A stretch of 64,000 bases of DNA from Maritimibacter sp. (lineage in GTDB: Bacteria > Pseudomonadota > Alphaproteobacteria > Rhodobacterales > Rhodobacteraceae): the NCBI GenBank assembly GCA_048268845.1, contig JBLWUQ010000003.1, positions 213,013 through 277,012 of the forward strand, read 5' to 3'. Shown one piece after another: positions 19,461 through 28,657 of the stretch; positions within the stretch are counted from its first letter, which is position 1, and every line of letters starts with the position of its first letter. A program made the position numbers and the translations under genes. The notes under the pieces are model-generated. The model saw nothing but the letters and a program-made list of their open reading frames with translations. It ran no database searches and was not told the DNA's origin.

Positions 19461-20168
19461 ATGGCAAGATCGCCGCGCACCGAAGCAGCCCCGCCGAAGA
19501 AAACCGGCGCAAAGCGGGTCAATCGCGCCTCGCCGCTGGCCACCAACCGCCGGATCAGCCGCAAGACCGAGGGTGTTCAGACCGCCATTCTGGAAACCGC
19601 CGCGCGGATCTTTGCGCGCAAGGGCTACCACCTCACCAAGCTGTCGGACATTTCCGACGATCTGGGGATGCACGTCACGGCGCTGCGCTATCACTTCACC
19701 ACCAAGGACGTGATCGCCGCCGAGATCGTGAACCGGGTGATCCGCACCAACCTCGACCAGTTGCGCCTGACCCTGGACGCGCTTGGCCCCGACGCGGGCA
19801 GCCGCGACAAGATCGCGGGGGCGATCCGCACCTACATGCGGGTTTCATCGGGGAACCTGGCCGGCATCTCGGCGCACGGCAACATCGTCAACCAGCTTCC
19901 CGCCGCGGCGAAAGACGAGCATTACGTCTTGCTGCGCGAGTTCCTCGACATCTGGCGCGATCTGGTCAGCGAGGCCGCGGCGCGTAGCGAATTGCGTCCG
20001 GGGCTGAGCCCCTCCATCGCGACACAGGTGATTCTGGGCAGCGTGATCTGGTCGCGCGAGTGGTATCGGCCCGAGGTCGGAACGCCTGACAGGATTGCCG
20101 AGGAAATGACCGAAATGCTGTTCGGCGGCCTGATGACCGGGGTCCGGACAGAGCCGCAGGACGCCTGA
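19461..20168 (+). CDS. TetR/AcrR family transcriptional regulator
   Basis: 235-aa ORF. HTH region ILETAARIFARKGYHLTKLSDISDDLGMHVTALRYHF follows a basic N-terminal extension. Confidence 0.9.
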   Translation: MARSPRTEAAPPKKTGAKRVNRASPLATNRRISRKTEGVQTAILETAARIFARKGYHLTKLSDISDDLGMHVTALRYHFTTKDVIAAEIVNRVIRTNLDQLRLTLDALGPDAGSRDKIAGAIRTYMRVSSGNLAGISAHGNIVNQLPAAAKDEHYVLLREFLDIWRDLVSEAAARSELRPGLSPSIATQVILGSVIWSREWYRPEVGTPDRIAEEMTEMLFGGLMTGVRTEPQDA

Positions 20169-20275
20169 GGCGCGCGACCGGCACCCAATCGAGACCTGAT
20201 CGTTCTTGCCGCAACGCCCGTATTCGGGCGGTGCGGATGCCATCGAATCCCGGCATCGGCGCTACAGGGACAGGT

Positions 20276-20303
20276 CTTTTTCATTTTCAACACGAAATTT
20301 CAT
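20276..20303. promoter_or_regulatory. AT-rich candidate TetR operator (site B) upstream of the oxidoreductase operon
   Basis: CTTTTTCATTTTCAACACGAAATTTCAT shares the core TTTTTCAT-TT-CAACA-GAAA with site A. The partner arm ATGAAAAAAAG lies at 20311-20321. Confidence 0.4.
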
Positions 20304-20378
20304 CGTCAAGATGAAAAAAAGCATTGAATTGCGAAAACCCGCTGCGGTAACGTCGTCGAAACGACAGGGAGCGGGACA

Positions 20379-20975
20379 GTGGAGCTCGATTTATTCGTGT
20401 CCGGAATCGGCGGGCAGGGCGTGCAGCTGATCGGCAAGACCATCGCGCTGGCCGCGCTGCGGGAGGACCGGCATGTCATGCTCGCGGGCGAGTATGGCGG
20501 GCACATGCGCGGCGGCAGTTCCGTCGTCACGGTGGTGATCGGGCCTGATCCCGTGCGGGCGCTGCCCAACCTGCCCTCGGCGGGGACCGCCATCGCCATG
20601 TCGCACTCCTATTGGGAAAAGGTCGGCCCGAGGCTTCGCCCCGGCAGCCTGATCCTGGCCGAGGATACAATCGCCGATGAGTTGCCGAACACCGAAGGCC
20701 ACAAAGTCGTGCGTATTCCCGCCATCGCGCTGGGCACCAAGGCAGGGAACCGGCTGTCGGCCTCGATGGCGATGATGGGCGCGTTCTCGGAACTGACGGG
20801 CGCGATCGGACTTGCCTCGCTCGAGGAGGCGATGACCGAGCAATTGCCGCCCTACCGGCGCCAGCACGCAGGCACCAACGCCAGCGCCATTTCCCTTGGC
20901 GCCGAGTTCGTGCGGGCGGCGGGCGCATCGCGGCGCCACCCCGCGCCATATCTGGCCAAGGGTGTTCCGGCATGA
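20379..20975 (+). CDS. 2-oxoacid:ferredoxin oxidoreductase, gamma subunit
   Basis: 198-aa ORF with a GTG start preceded by GGGAG. The N-terminus LFVSGIGGQGVQLIGKTIALAA is the GxGGQG motif of OFOR gamma subunits. Confidence 0.85.
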   Translation: MELDLFVSGIGGQGVQLIGKTIALAALREDRHVMLAGEYGGHMRGGSSVVTVVIGPDPVRALPNLPSAGTAIAMSHSYWEKVGPRLRPGSLILAEDTIADELPNTEGHKVVRIPAIALGTKAGNRLSASMAMMGAFSELTGAIGLASLEEAMTEQLPPYRRQHAGTNASAISLGAEFVRAAGASRRHPAPYLAKGVPA

Positions 20976-21262
20976 CGGCGTCCTCACCCGAGAAAGCCCC
21001 GATGCGGACGGTCACGCGCGGCACCGTGGTCATCGACATCGACCGCTGCAAGGGCTGCGAGCTTTGCATCCCCGCCTGCCCGCCGCAGGTGCTGACCATG
21101 TCAACCGAGGGCAACCGTCTGGGCTATCTCTACCCGGAGCTTGCGCCGGGTTGCACCGGCTGCACTGCCTGCCTGCAGGTCTGCCCCGACTTCGTGTTCG
21201 AAATCTACCGCTACGATCAGCCAATCGACGAGACCGCGTCGACCGAGGAGACGATCCGATGA
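20972..21262 (+). CDS. 2-oxoacid:ferredoxin oxidoreductase, delta subunit (2x[4Fe-4S] ferredoxin)
   Basis: 96-aa ORF with an ATGA overlap. Two CxxCxxCxxxCP motifs are present (CKGCELCIPACP, CTGCTACLQVCP). Confidence 0.85.
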   Translation: MTASSPEKAPMRTVTRGTVVIDIDRCKGCELCIPACPPQVLTMSTEGNRLGYLYPELAPGCTGCTACLQVCPDFVFEIYRYDQPIDETASTEETIR

Positions 21263-22374
21263 CCAACATGCGCCTTCTGGACGGCTCCGAGGCCATAGTA
21301 GAGGCCGCGATCATGGCCGGCGCCCGGTTCTATGCCGGCTATCCCATGGCCCCGGCGACCGAGTTGCTGGAGCACATGGCGGCGAAGCTGCCGGTTGCGG
21401 GCGGGGTCTGCATCAACGCCGATTCCGAGCTTCAGTCGGTCAACATGGCGCTTGGCGCGGCGCAGGTCGGGGCGCGGGCGGCGACCGGCTCCTGCGGTCA
21501 GGGGCTGGCCCTGATGCAGGAGGCCATCGCCGAGGCCGCGCTGAACGAAACACCGCTGGTGATCTTCAACATCGCCCGCAACCAGCAGGACTACTTTCAG
21601 GCCACGCGGGGCGGCGGATGGGGCGATTACCGCACCGTGACCTTCGCGCCCAAGGATCTGCACGAGGCGGTCGAGCACACCCACCTCGCCTTTCACGTTG
21701 CCGACAAATACCGCGTGCCGGTGATCTTCATGGCCGACAACCTGATCGCGCGCACGCAGATGGGCACCGCCCTGCCGGTTCCCGAGCTTGAGCCTCTGCC
21801 GGCGAAGGACTGGGCGCTTGACGGAACCATGGGCGGCACCGGCGCGTCGCGCTGGATCTGGACCTTTGGCGGCGGAAAGGCGAACCGGCCCGGCGTCGGC
21901 CCGGACGGCTATTGGCGCCAGATCGCCGAGAAGTTCGACCGGATCGCAAAGGCCGAGATGCGTCACGAACAGGGCTATTGCGAGGATGCCGAAACCGTGG
22001 TCGTGGCCTTCGGCAGCGGCGGCAAATTCGTCGAACATGTGGTGCGCGAGCTGCGCGCCGAGGGTCACAAGATCGGGTTTTTCCGTCCGATCACGCTCTG
22101 GCCCTTTCCTGCCGCCGCGCTCGAGGCCGCAACGCAGAACGCGCGCAACATCTTCGTTTTTGAACTGAACGCCGGGCAGATGATCGACGACGTGCGCCTC
22201 GCCGTCGAGGGCCGCGACCGGATCAAGCCGATCGGCGGCATCAGCTTTGACGATTCCGGCCTCAACATCGGCCCGATGATGGATGCCCGCGTGATCCGCA
22301 CCCGCATCCTCGACCAGCTGGCCGGAAAGCCGCTGACCGAACTGCCCTACACCGGAATGGGAGCATACCTGTGA
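21259..22374 (+). CDS. 2-oxoacid:ferredoxin oxidoreductase, alpha subunit
   Basis: Track ORF 20896-22374, with ATG 21259 overlapping the delta stop. The N-terminus LLDGSEAIVEAAIMAGARFYAGYPMAPATE is typical of OFOR alpha subunits. Confidence 0.88.
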   Translation: MTNMRLLDGSEAIVEAAIMAGARFYAGYPMAPATELLEHMAAKLPVAGGVCINADSELQSVNMALGAAQVGARAATGSCGQGLALMQEAIAEAALNETPLVIFNIARNQQDYFQATRGGGWGDYRTVTFAPKDLHEAVEHTHLAFHVADKYRVPVIFMADNLIARTQMGTALPVPELEPLPAKDWALDGTMGGTGASRWIWTFGGGKANRPGVGPDGYWRQIAEKFDRIAKAEMRHEQGYCEDAETVVVAFGSGGKFVEHVVRELRAEGHKIGFFRPITLWPFPAAALEAATQNARNIFVFELNAGQMIDDVRLAVEGRDRIKPIGGISFDDSGLNIGPMMDARVIRTRILDQLAGKPLTELPYTGMGAYL

Positions 22375-23177
22375 AAGTCATCGACACCAGCCTGCCGCCC
22401 CAACGCCCCGCGACCAGAACCGCCGAGTTCAAGCCGTCCTTGTTGCTGAGCGAGGACCATCACCTCTGCGCCGGTTGCGGCGAACCCGTGGCGATCCGGC
22501 TGATCCTCGAGGTGATCGAGGAGCTTGAACTGACGCAGAACAACGTCTGCATCCTCGGGCATGGCTGCTACGGCTCGTTCATCATGCTGATGGACGTGGA
22601 CTCGACACTGTGCCTGCACGGACGCGCCCCTGCGGTTGCCACCGGGATGAAGCGGATGCGGCCCGGCGTGGCGATCTGGACGCTGCAGGGCGATGGCGAC
22701 ATGACCAGCGAGGGTCTGGCCGAGATCATCCAGACCGCCGCGCGGGGCGAGAATGTCACCTGCTTCATGCTCAACAACGGCGTGTTCGGCGATACCGGCG
22801 GGCAGATGACGGCCTCCTCGGTGATCGGCCAACGCACCAAGAACACCATCGAGGGGCGCGACGCCGGCTATCACGGCAACCCGATCCAGCTGGCCGAGAT
22901 CCTGTCGCGGATGCAGGGCACCGCCTATGTCGCGCGCGGCTCCGTGCACAACGCGGCCTCGATCAACGCCACGCGTAAGATGATCCGCAAGGCGTTTCAG
23001 CGCCCGATGGAGGGACATGGCCTCGCGCTGATGGAAATCCTGACGATGTGCCCGACCGGCTGGTTCGTCCCGCCCGGCGAAGGCGCGGAATACATGATGG
23101 AATCGCTCGGTCAGGTCTATGGCCTAGGCGAGATGAAGGATGTCCTCGCGACCGCCGACAAAGACAGTGACGGCTGA
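22371..23177 (+). CDS. 2-oxoacid:ferredoxin oxidoreductase, beta subunit (TPP-binding)
   Basis: 268-aa ORF with a GTGA overlap. It carries the CAGCGEP cysteine motif and the GDGD..N TPP-binding motif (LQGDGDMTSEG...LNNG). Confidence 0.88.
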   Translation: MKVIDTSLPPQRPATRTAEFKPSLLLSEDHHLCAGCGEPVAIRLILEVIEELELTQNNVCILGHGCYGSFIMLMDVDSTLCLHGRAPAVATGMKRMRPGVAIWTLQGDGDMTSEGLAEIIQTAARGENVTCFMLNNGVFGDTGGQMTASSVIGQRTKNTIEGRDAGYHGNPIQLAEILSRMQGTAYVARGSVHNAASINATRKMIRKAFQRPMEGHGLALMEILTMCPTGWFVPPGEGAEYMMESLGQVYGLGEMKDVLATADKDSDG

Positions 23178-23201
23178 ACGGCACACCGAAGGCAGCCACC
23201 C

Positions 23202-24695
23202 ATGACCCAGCTTGTCCACTCCATCCTGACCGTCGCGGCCAACACCGCGCCCAATGCACTGGCCGCCACGCTGGGCGACGAGGGCATGAGTTTCGCCGAC
23301 GTCACCGCCCTGACGGCGCGCTACACGAATGTGCTGCGCGACCTCGGGCTGGGGCATGGCGAGCGCATCGTCGTGCAGGCGGATTTCACGCTGGAACAGA
23401 TCGCGTTGTTCTTCGCCAGCCAGTATCTTGGCGCGGCCTTCACCCCGGTCAATCCCGCCTGCAACCTCTCCGAAGTCAGCGAGATCGCCGCCTACCTGCG
23501 CCCCGCGATCCTGGTGCAGGACGCGACCCGCGCCGCGGCGATGGTGCCCGATCTCCCGAGCGGGGCCACCCGGCACGCGACATTCGGCGGCTCGTCGCCC
23601 GCAGGGTCAAACACGCTCGACCGGCTGTTGGACGCCGCGCCGGACAAGGTGGATTTCGCCTCACCGACGCAGGAGGACGACGCCCACGCGATCTTCCTCA
23701 CCTCCGGCTCGACCGGGCGGCCCAAGGGCGTGGTGCTGTCGCATCGGGCAAGCTGGCTGCGTTCGCATCTTGGCGCGTCGCGTTTCGTGTCCGCTGGCGG
23801 GCGCGGCGAGCTTTTGACCTTTCCGATGTTTCACTGGGCCGGCTGGAACTACCTGCTGGAGAACTGGGCGCACAAGCGCCCGATCCACTTCGTGTCCGAG
23901 GCCAGCGGCGACGGCATCGCCAAGGCGATCGCGCGCCACGATCCGGCATTTCTCTACGCGATCCCGGCGGTGTGGGAGCGTATTCTGGCCAGCCCGCTTC
24001 CCTTCGACGGCAGCCGGCTGCGCGCCATCGGGTCGGGGACGTCGAAGTTCGATCCGGTGCTGATGGACCGGCTCGCCGCGCGCTTTCCCAATGCCAGCCG
24101 TGGCGTCTTTTACGGGTCGACCGAATTCGGCGGGGCCTGTTCGCTGATCGAGGACGAGATCGCCCGCCGCCCCGGCTCGGTCGGCCTGCCCGGCGCGGGG
24201 ATCGAGGCGCGCATCCATGACGGCGAGTTGCAGTTGCGCGGACCGACCGTGATGTCGGGTTATTTCGAATTGCCCGACCAGACCGCCGAGGTTCTGAGCG
24301 ACGGCTGGTATCGCACCGGCGATCTGGCTGAGCGCGACGCCGACGGCTTCATCACCATCACCGGGCGGGCGCGCGAACTGATCCGCTCGGGCGGCGAGGC
24401 GATTGCGCCCGCCGAGGTCGAACTGGCCTTGCAGGGGTTTCCCGGCATCCGCGGCGTCGCCATCGTCGGGCTGGCAGACAGCACATGGGGTGAGATCGTC
24501 TGCGCCGTGACGGAACTCGAGGACGGCGTGCCCTGCCCGCCGGTCGCGGCGATCCGCTCATATCTCGAGGGGCGCATCGCCCCCTACAAGCATCCGCGCC
24601 GCATCATCCACCTGACCGAATTGCCGAGGACGCCGGCAACCGGGCAGATCATGCGCTCGCGCATCAAAGAGATCGTGCAGGCCGACATGACCTGA
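23202..24695 (+). CDS. class I adenylate-forming enzyme (acyl-CoA synthetase family)
   Basis: 497-aa ORF with motifs LTSGSTGRPKGV, YGSTE, YRTGDL and GRARELIRSGGEAI. Confidence 0.88.
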   Translation: MTQLVHSILTVAANTAPNALAATLGDEGMSFADVTALTARYTNVLRDLGLGHGERIVVQADFTLEQIALFFASQYLGAAFTPVNPACNLSEVSEIAAYLRPAILVQDATRAAAMVPDLPSGATRHATFGGSSPAGSNTLDRLLDAAPDKVDFASPTQEDDAHAIFLTSGSTGRPKGVVLSHRASWLRSHLGASRFVSAGGRGELLTFPMFHWAGWNYLLENWAHKRPIHFVSEASGDGIAKAIARHDPAFLYAIPAVWERILASPLPFDGSRLRAIGSGTSKFDPVLMDRLAARFPNASRGVFYGSTEFGGACSLIEDEIARRPGSVGLPGAGIEARIHDGELQLRGPTVMSGYFELPDQTAEVLSDGWYRTGDLAERDADGFITITGRARELIRSGGEAIAPAEVELALQGFPGIRGVAIVGLADSTWGEIVCAVTELEDGVPCPPVAAIRSYLEGRIAPYKHPRRIIHLTELPRTPATGQIMRSRIKEIVQADMT

Positions 24696-24765
24696 CACGT
24701 AAGCCCGCCAGAAAAAGAGGCGGCACACCACGACGAGCGACATCAATCCTTGGGAGGAGAAAACC

Positions 24766-26004
24766 ATGTTGGACAGACGCCATTTCATGCTCGGCACCAC
24801 CGCCGTTCTGGGAACCATGGCCGCGCCGAATATCCTGCGCGCACAGGCCGGACCGATCCGGATCGGCCTGATCACCACGCTGAGCGGACCGGGCCAGATC
24901 TACGGCCAGTATATCCAGGACGGCTGTGAACTGGCGGTCGCCGAGATCAACGCCAAGGGCGGCGTTCAGGGCAAGCAGATCGAGCTTGTGGTCCGGGACG
25001 ACCGCAACTCGCCCGACGGCGCGCTGGTCGCGTTCCGCGAGCTGACCGGCGACGGCATCAAGCTGTTCGCCCAGGGCACCTTCACCGCCAACGTGCTGGC
25101 GACGCTGCCGCTGCTGGAACAGAATGACGTGACGATGATGGTGGTCGGCACCTCGTCGCTGGCGATCACCCACCAGAACTACACCCGCAACATGTTCCGG
25201 CTGGGCTATTCCTCGCCGATGTGTTTCGGCGGCTATGGCCACCTGATGGCCGAACGCTTCCCGGAGGTCAAAGACTGGGCGATGCTGCGCTCGGACGTGC
25301 AGTCGCTGAAGGACATCACCGACGCCTTCGAGGCCGGGATGCGCAGGAAGGTCGCCGCCGACGGAGGCGAGGTCAACATCCTCGAGCCGATCCTCGTGCC
25401 TTATAACGGTGCCGACTTCCGCACCCAGATCTCGCAGGTCACCAACCTCGAGGCGGACGGGCTGTTCAACGTGCTTCAGGGCGCGGATGCGATCACCTAC
25501 TACAAGCAGGCTCGCAGCTTCCAGCTCGACAAGCAGTTCAAGCTGCTGTGCGACAGCGCCAACGAGCTGACCGTCGCCAAGGCGCTGGGCGACAAGATGC
25601 TCGACTCGCTGTGGAGCTGGACGGCCTGGTATCCGCAAGCGGCCAAGGACAACCCGGCGTCGGACGCGCTGCTGGCAGCCTTCATCGAAAAGCGCGATGA
25701 CCCCTATCCGAACTGGTATGTCGGGGTTGCGCATGACTGTATCGCAACGCTGGCCGAGGCGATCGGGGTGACCGGATCGACCGCCGCCGCCGACCTGATC
25801 CCGGCGATCGAGGCGCTGAGCTTCCAGGGCGCGACCGGCACCGTCGCCTTCCGCACCGAGGACCACTCGTTCGCGGGCGACCTGACCTACATCCGTTTCG
25901 GCAATTCCGAGAGCAGCGAAACCGGCTGGGAAGTGTTCGAGAGCGTCCAGATGGCGGGCATCGATTTCCTCGAACCGGCCACCCCCGGCCGCGAACTGGA
26001 ATAG
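24766..26004 (+). CDS. ABC transporter substrate-binding protein (Leu/Ile/Val-binding, type I PBP family)
   Basis: 412-aa ORF with a Tat/Sec-like leader (MLDRRHFMLGTTAVLGTMAAPNILRA). IRIGLITTLSGPG...INAKGGVQGKQIELVVRDD is typical of LivK-like binding proteins. Confidence 0.88.
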   Translation: MLDRRHFMLGTTAVLGTMAAPNILRAQAGPIRIGLITTLSGPGQIYGQYIQDGCELAVAEINAKGGVQGKQIELVVRDDRNSPDGALVAFRELTGDGIKLFAQGTFTANVLATLPLLEQNDVTMMVVGTSSLAITHQNYTRNMFRLGYSSPMCFGGYGHLMAERFPEVKDWAMLRSDVQSLKDITDAFEAGMRRKVAADGGEVNILEPILVPYNGADFRTQISQVTNLEADGLFNVLQGADAITYYKQARSFQLDKQFKLLCDSANELTVAKALGDKMLDSLWSWTAWYPQAAKDNPASDALLAAFIEKRDDPYPNWYVGVAHDCIATLAEAIGVTGSTAAADLIPAIEALSFQGATGTVAFRTEDHSFAGDLTYIRFGNSESSETGWEVFESVQMAGIDFLEPATPGRELE

Positions 26005-26016
26005 GGGCGATCGGCC

Positions 26017-26883
26017 ATGCTGTTCACGTTCATCAATAGCCTGACGCTCGGCATGGCTGTCTTTCTGGTTGCGGCCGGATTGACGCTGATCTTCGGCATC
26101 ATGCGCATCCTCAACTTTGCGCATGGTGCCTTCTTCATGCTGGGCGCCTATCTGACAAGCTCGCTGGTGGGCGACATGCCGGGGTCGATCTGGGTCCTGA
26201 TCGGCGCGTCGCTGCTGTCCGGGCTGGTGGTCGGGGTGCTGGGCCTGCTGGTCCAGCACTTCGTCCTGCGCAAACTCGAGGATGTCGACGAGCATTTCAT
26301 GCTGATCGCCACCTACGCGGTGATGCTGCTGTTCGTCGGCGCCACCAAGATGATCTGGGGGCTCGAGTTCCGCTCGGTCGATCCGCCGCCGGGGCTGGAT
26401 CTGGGGGTCGTCATCTTCGGCACCTTCGTGCCCAGCTTTTCGCTGTTCATCATCGGCGCCGGGGTGGTGGTCTTTCTCGTGCTCGATCACGTCATCCACC
26501 GTTCATGGAGCGGCAAGCTCGCGGTGGCCATTGCCCGCGACGGCTGGATGAGCAACCTGATGGGCGTCAACGGGCCGCTCGGGGTCAAGCTGGTCGTCGC
26601 GGCCTCGTTCGCTCTGGCGGGTCTGGCGGGGGGGCTTCTGCTGCCCAACCAGACGCTGTCACCGGGGCTGGGCGACACCTTCCTGCTGATGGCGTTCATC
26701 ACCATCGTGATCGGCGGGCTTGGCAACATCCGGGGCGCCTTCATCGCCGCGATCATCCTGGCGGTGATCGACGGTCTCAACATCCTGTTCCTGCCCAGCT
26801 TTCCGGGCGTCATCATGTATCTGGGGATGGTCGTATGTCTTCTTCTCTGGCCGAACGGCATTCTGGGCGAGAGCCGGCTTTGA
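26017..26883 (+). CDS. branched-chain amino acid-type ABC transporter permease (LivH family)
   Basis: 288-aa polytopic ORF. It has a LivH-like N-terminus and the C-terminal GGLGNIRGAFIAA motif. Confidence 0.88.
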   Translation: MLFTFINSLTLGMAVFLVAAGLTLIFGIMRILNFAHGAFFMLGAYLTSSLVGDMPGSIWVLIGASLLSGLVVGVLGLLVQHFVLRKLEDVDEHFMLIATYAVMLLFVGATKMIWGLEFRSVDPPPGLDLGVVIFGTFVPSFSLFIIGAGVVVFLVLDHVIHRSWSGKLAVAIARDGWMSNLMGVNGPLGVKLVVAASFALAGLAGGLLLPNQTLSPGLGDTFLLMAFITIVIGGLGNIRGAFIAAIILAVIDGLNILFLPSFPGVIMYLGMVVCLLLWPNGILGESRL

Positions 26884-27851
26884 CGCGGCGAAACATCAAC
26901 AACGTGCTGATCGTCCTGGCCGCCGTCACGCTGCTTGCGATGCCGTTCCTGACCAACTCGGGCCTGCTCTACCTGGTCGGCACCACGCTGGTGCTGGCGG
27001 TCTATTCGGTGGGGTGGAACCTCCTTTTCAGCTGGGCCGGGCTGGCCTCGTTCGGCTCGGGCGGGCTGTTCGCGATCGGGGCCTATGTCTCGGCACTGGC
27101 GCTGCGCGCGGGGTATGACCAGTATTTCCTGCTGATCATCGTCGCAGGTGCCGCGGCGGGCGCGGTGGTCGCGCTGCTGGTCGGGCTGGTCGCGCTGCGC
27201 CGCACCACCGGCATCTTCTTTGCCATCCTGACGCTGTCGCTGGCCGAGTTGCTGCGCCGCACCCTGATGCACACGAGCGCGCTCGGGGCCGAGGACGGGC
27301 TGTCCAACATCCAGCGTCCGGTGCTGTCGCTGGGTCTGTTCGAGATCGACCTGACAACGGGGCCTGCCTATTACTGGTTCATCTGCGTTGCGGGCGCGTT
27401 GGTTCTGGGGCTGCTGTGGTGGCTCACCCACGGGCCGTTCGGACGCAGGCTTCTGGCCGTGCGCCACGACATCGAGCGTGCCGGCTTCATCGGCATCGAC
27501 GTGCATCAGAGCCGTCTGGCGGCACTGGTGATCTCGGGCGCGGTGGCGGGGTTCGCCGGGGCGATCTATGCCCCCTGGGCGCAGATCGTCACGCCCGAGA
27601 TGTCGGGCATGGTCCGCTCGACCCAGCCGATCCTGTTCACGCTGCTGGGCGGCATCCATTCCTTCTGGGGCCCGATGATCGGAGCCTTCGTGTTCATGGC
27701 GATCGAATACGCCACCCGAACCTTCGTCGGCATTCAGGAAATCATCACCGGCGCGATCCTTCTGGCGGTGATCCTCGCGTTCCGCGCCGGCATCGCCGGA
27801 AGCTGGAACGCCCTTCTCGACCGGATATTCGACAGGCGGGCTGACAAATGA
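26835..27851 (+). CDS. branched-chain amino acid-type ABC transporter permease (LivM family)
   Basis: Track ORF 26505-27851. ATG 26835 is the first start compatible with the LivH gene. TTG 26880 (TTGA overlap) or GTG 26904 are alternative starts. Polytopic, LivM-like. Confidence 0.8.
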   Translation: MSSSLAERHSGREPALTRRNINNVLIVLAAVTLLAMPFLTNSGLLYLVGTTLVLAVYSVGWNLLFSWAGLASFGSGGLFAIGAYVSALALRAGYDQYFLLIIVAGAAAGAVVALLVGLVALRRTTGIFFAILTLSLAELLRRTLMHTSALGAEDGLSNIQRPVLSLGLFEIDLTTGPAYYWFICVAGALVLGLLWWLTHGPFGRRLLAVRHDIERAGFIGIDVHQSRLAALVISGAVAGFAGAIYAPWAQIVTPEMSGMVRSTQPILFTLLGGIHSFWGPMIGAFVFMAIEYATRTFVGIQEIITGAILLAVILAFRAGIAGSWNALLDRIFDRRADK

Positions 27852-28657
27852 ACATTCTCGAACTTGAGGGCATCACCAAGAGCTACGGCCCGATCGAGGT
27901 TCTTCACGGCATCGACGGAGAGGTGCAGGAGGGCGAGGTCTTTGCCATCATCGGCCCGAACGGCGCGGGCAAGACCACGCTGTTCAAGGTGATGACCGGC
28001 GAGTCGCTGGCCAATGGCGGAACCGTCCGGTTCGACGGGCGCGACGTGACGCGCATGGCGCCTCATCTGCGCACCCGCGCCGGCATGGGGCGCACCTTTC
28101 AGGTGGCGCGGGTGTTCAACCCGCTGACCGCACTCGACAACGTCGTGACCGCCATCGAGGCGCGCAAGCGGGCGCAGGGCAAGACCGACAACGTCTGGTG
28201 GTCGATCCGCCCCTCCACCGCCACGCATCACGAGGCGATGGGGCTGCTCGACGGCGTGACGCTGGCGGCCAAGGCCGGGATGCTGGCCTCGGATCTGTCG
28301 CATGGCGACCGCAAGCGGCTGGAGCTGGCGGTGACGCTTGCCGGCCGCCCGCGCATCCTGATGATGGACGAGCCCACCGCCGGGATGTCGCCGGTCGACC
28401 GCGAACAGGTCAGCGCGCTGATCCGCCGCGTGATGAAGCCCGAGACCGAGGGCGGTCTGTCGGTCGCCGGGCAGAAACTGACCGTCATCATGACCGAGCA
28501 CGACATGTCGGTCATCTTCGGCCTCGCCTCGCGCATCATGGTGATGAACCAGGGCAAACGCATCGCGCTTGGCGCGGTCGAGGATATCCGCAACGATCCG
28601 CATGTGCGCGAGGTCTATCTCGGCAAGGAAGATCAGCACGAGGAGATCACCGCATGA
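27848..28657 (+). CDS. ABC transporter ATP-binding protein (LivG family)
   Basis: 269-aa ORF with an ATGA overlap. Walker A GPNGAGKTT, signature LSHGDRKRLE, Walker B ILMMDEP. Confidence 0.9.
   Translation: MNILELEGITKSYGPIEVLHGIDGEVQEGEVFAIIGPNGAGKTTLFKVMTGESLANGGTVRFDGRDVTRMAPHLRTRAGMGRTFQVARVFNPLTALDNVVTAIEARKRAQGKTDNVWWSIRPSTATHHEAMGLLDGVTLAAKAGMLASDLSHGDRKRLELAVTLAGRPRILMMDEPTAGMSPVDREQVSALIRRVMKPETEGGLSVAGQKLTVIMTEHDMSVIFGLASRIMVMNQGKRIALGAVEDIRNDPHVREVYLGKEDQHEEITA

Noticed and set aside
24664-26499. 611-aa ORF on the minus strand
   Set aside because: It lies entirely antisense to the well-supported binding-protein and LivH-type permease genes. The translation is Arg/Gly/Asp/His-rich low-complexity with no recognisable motifs, typical of a high-GC shadow ORF.
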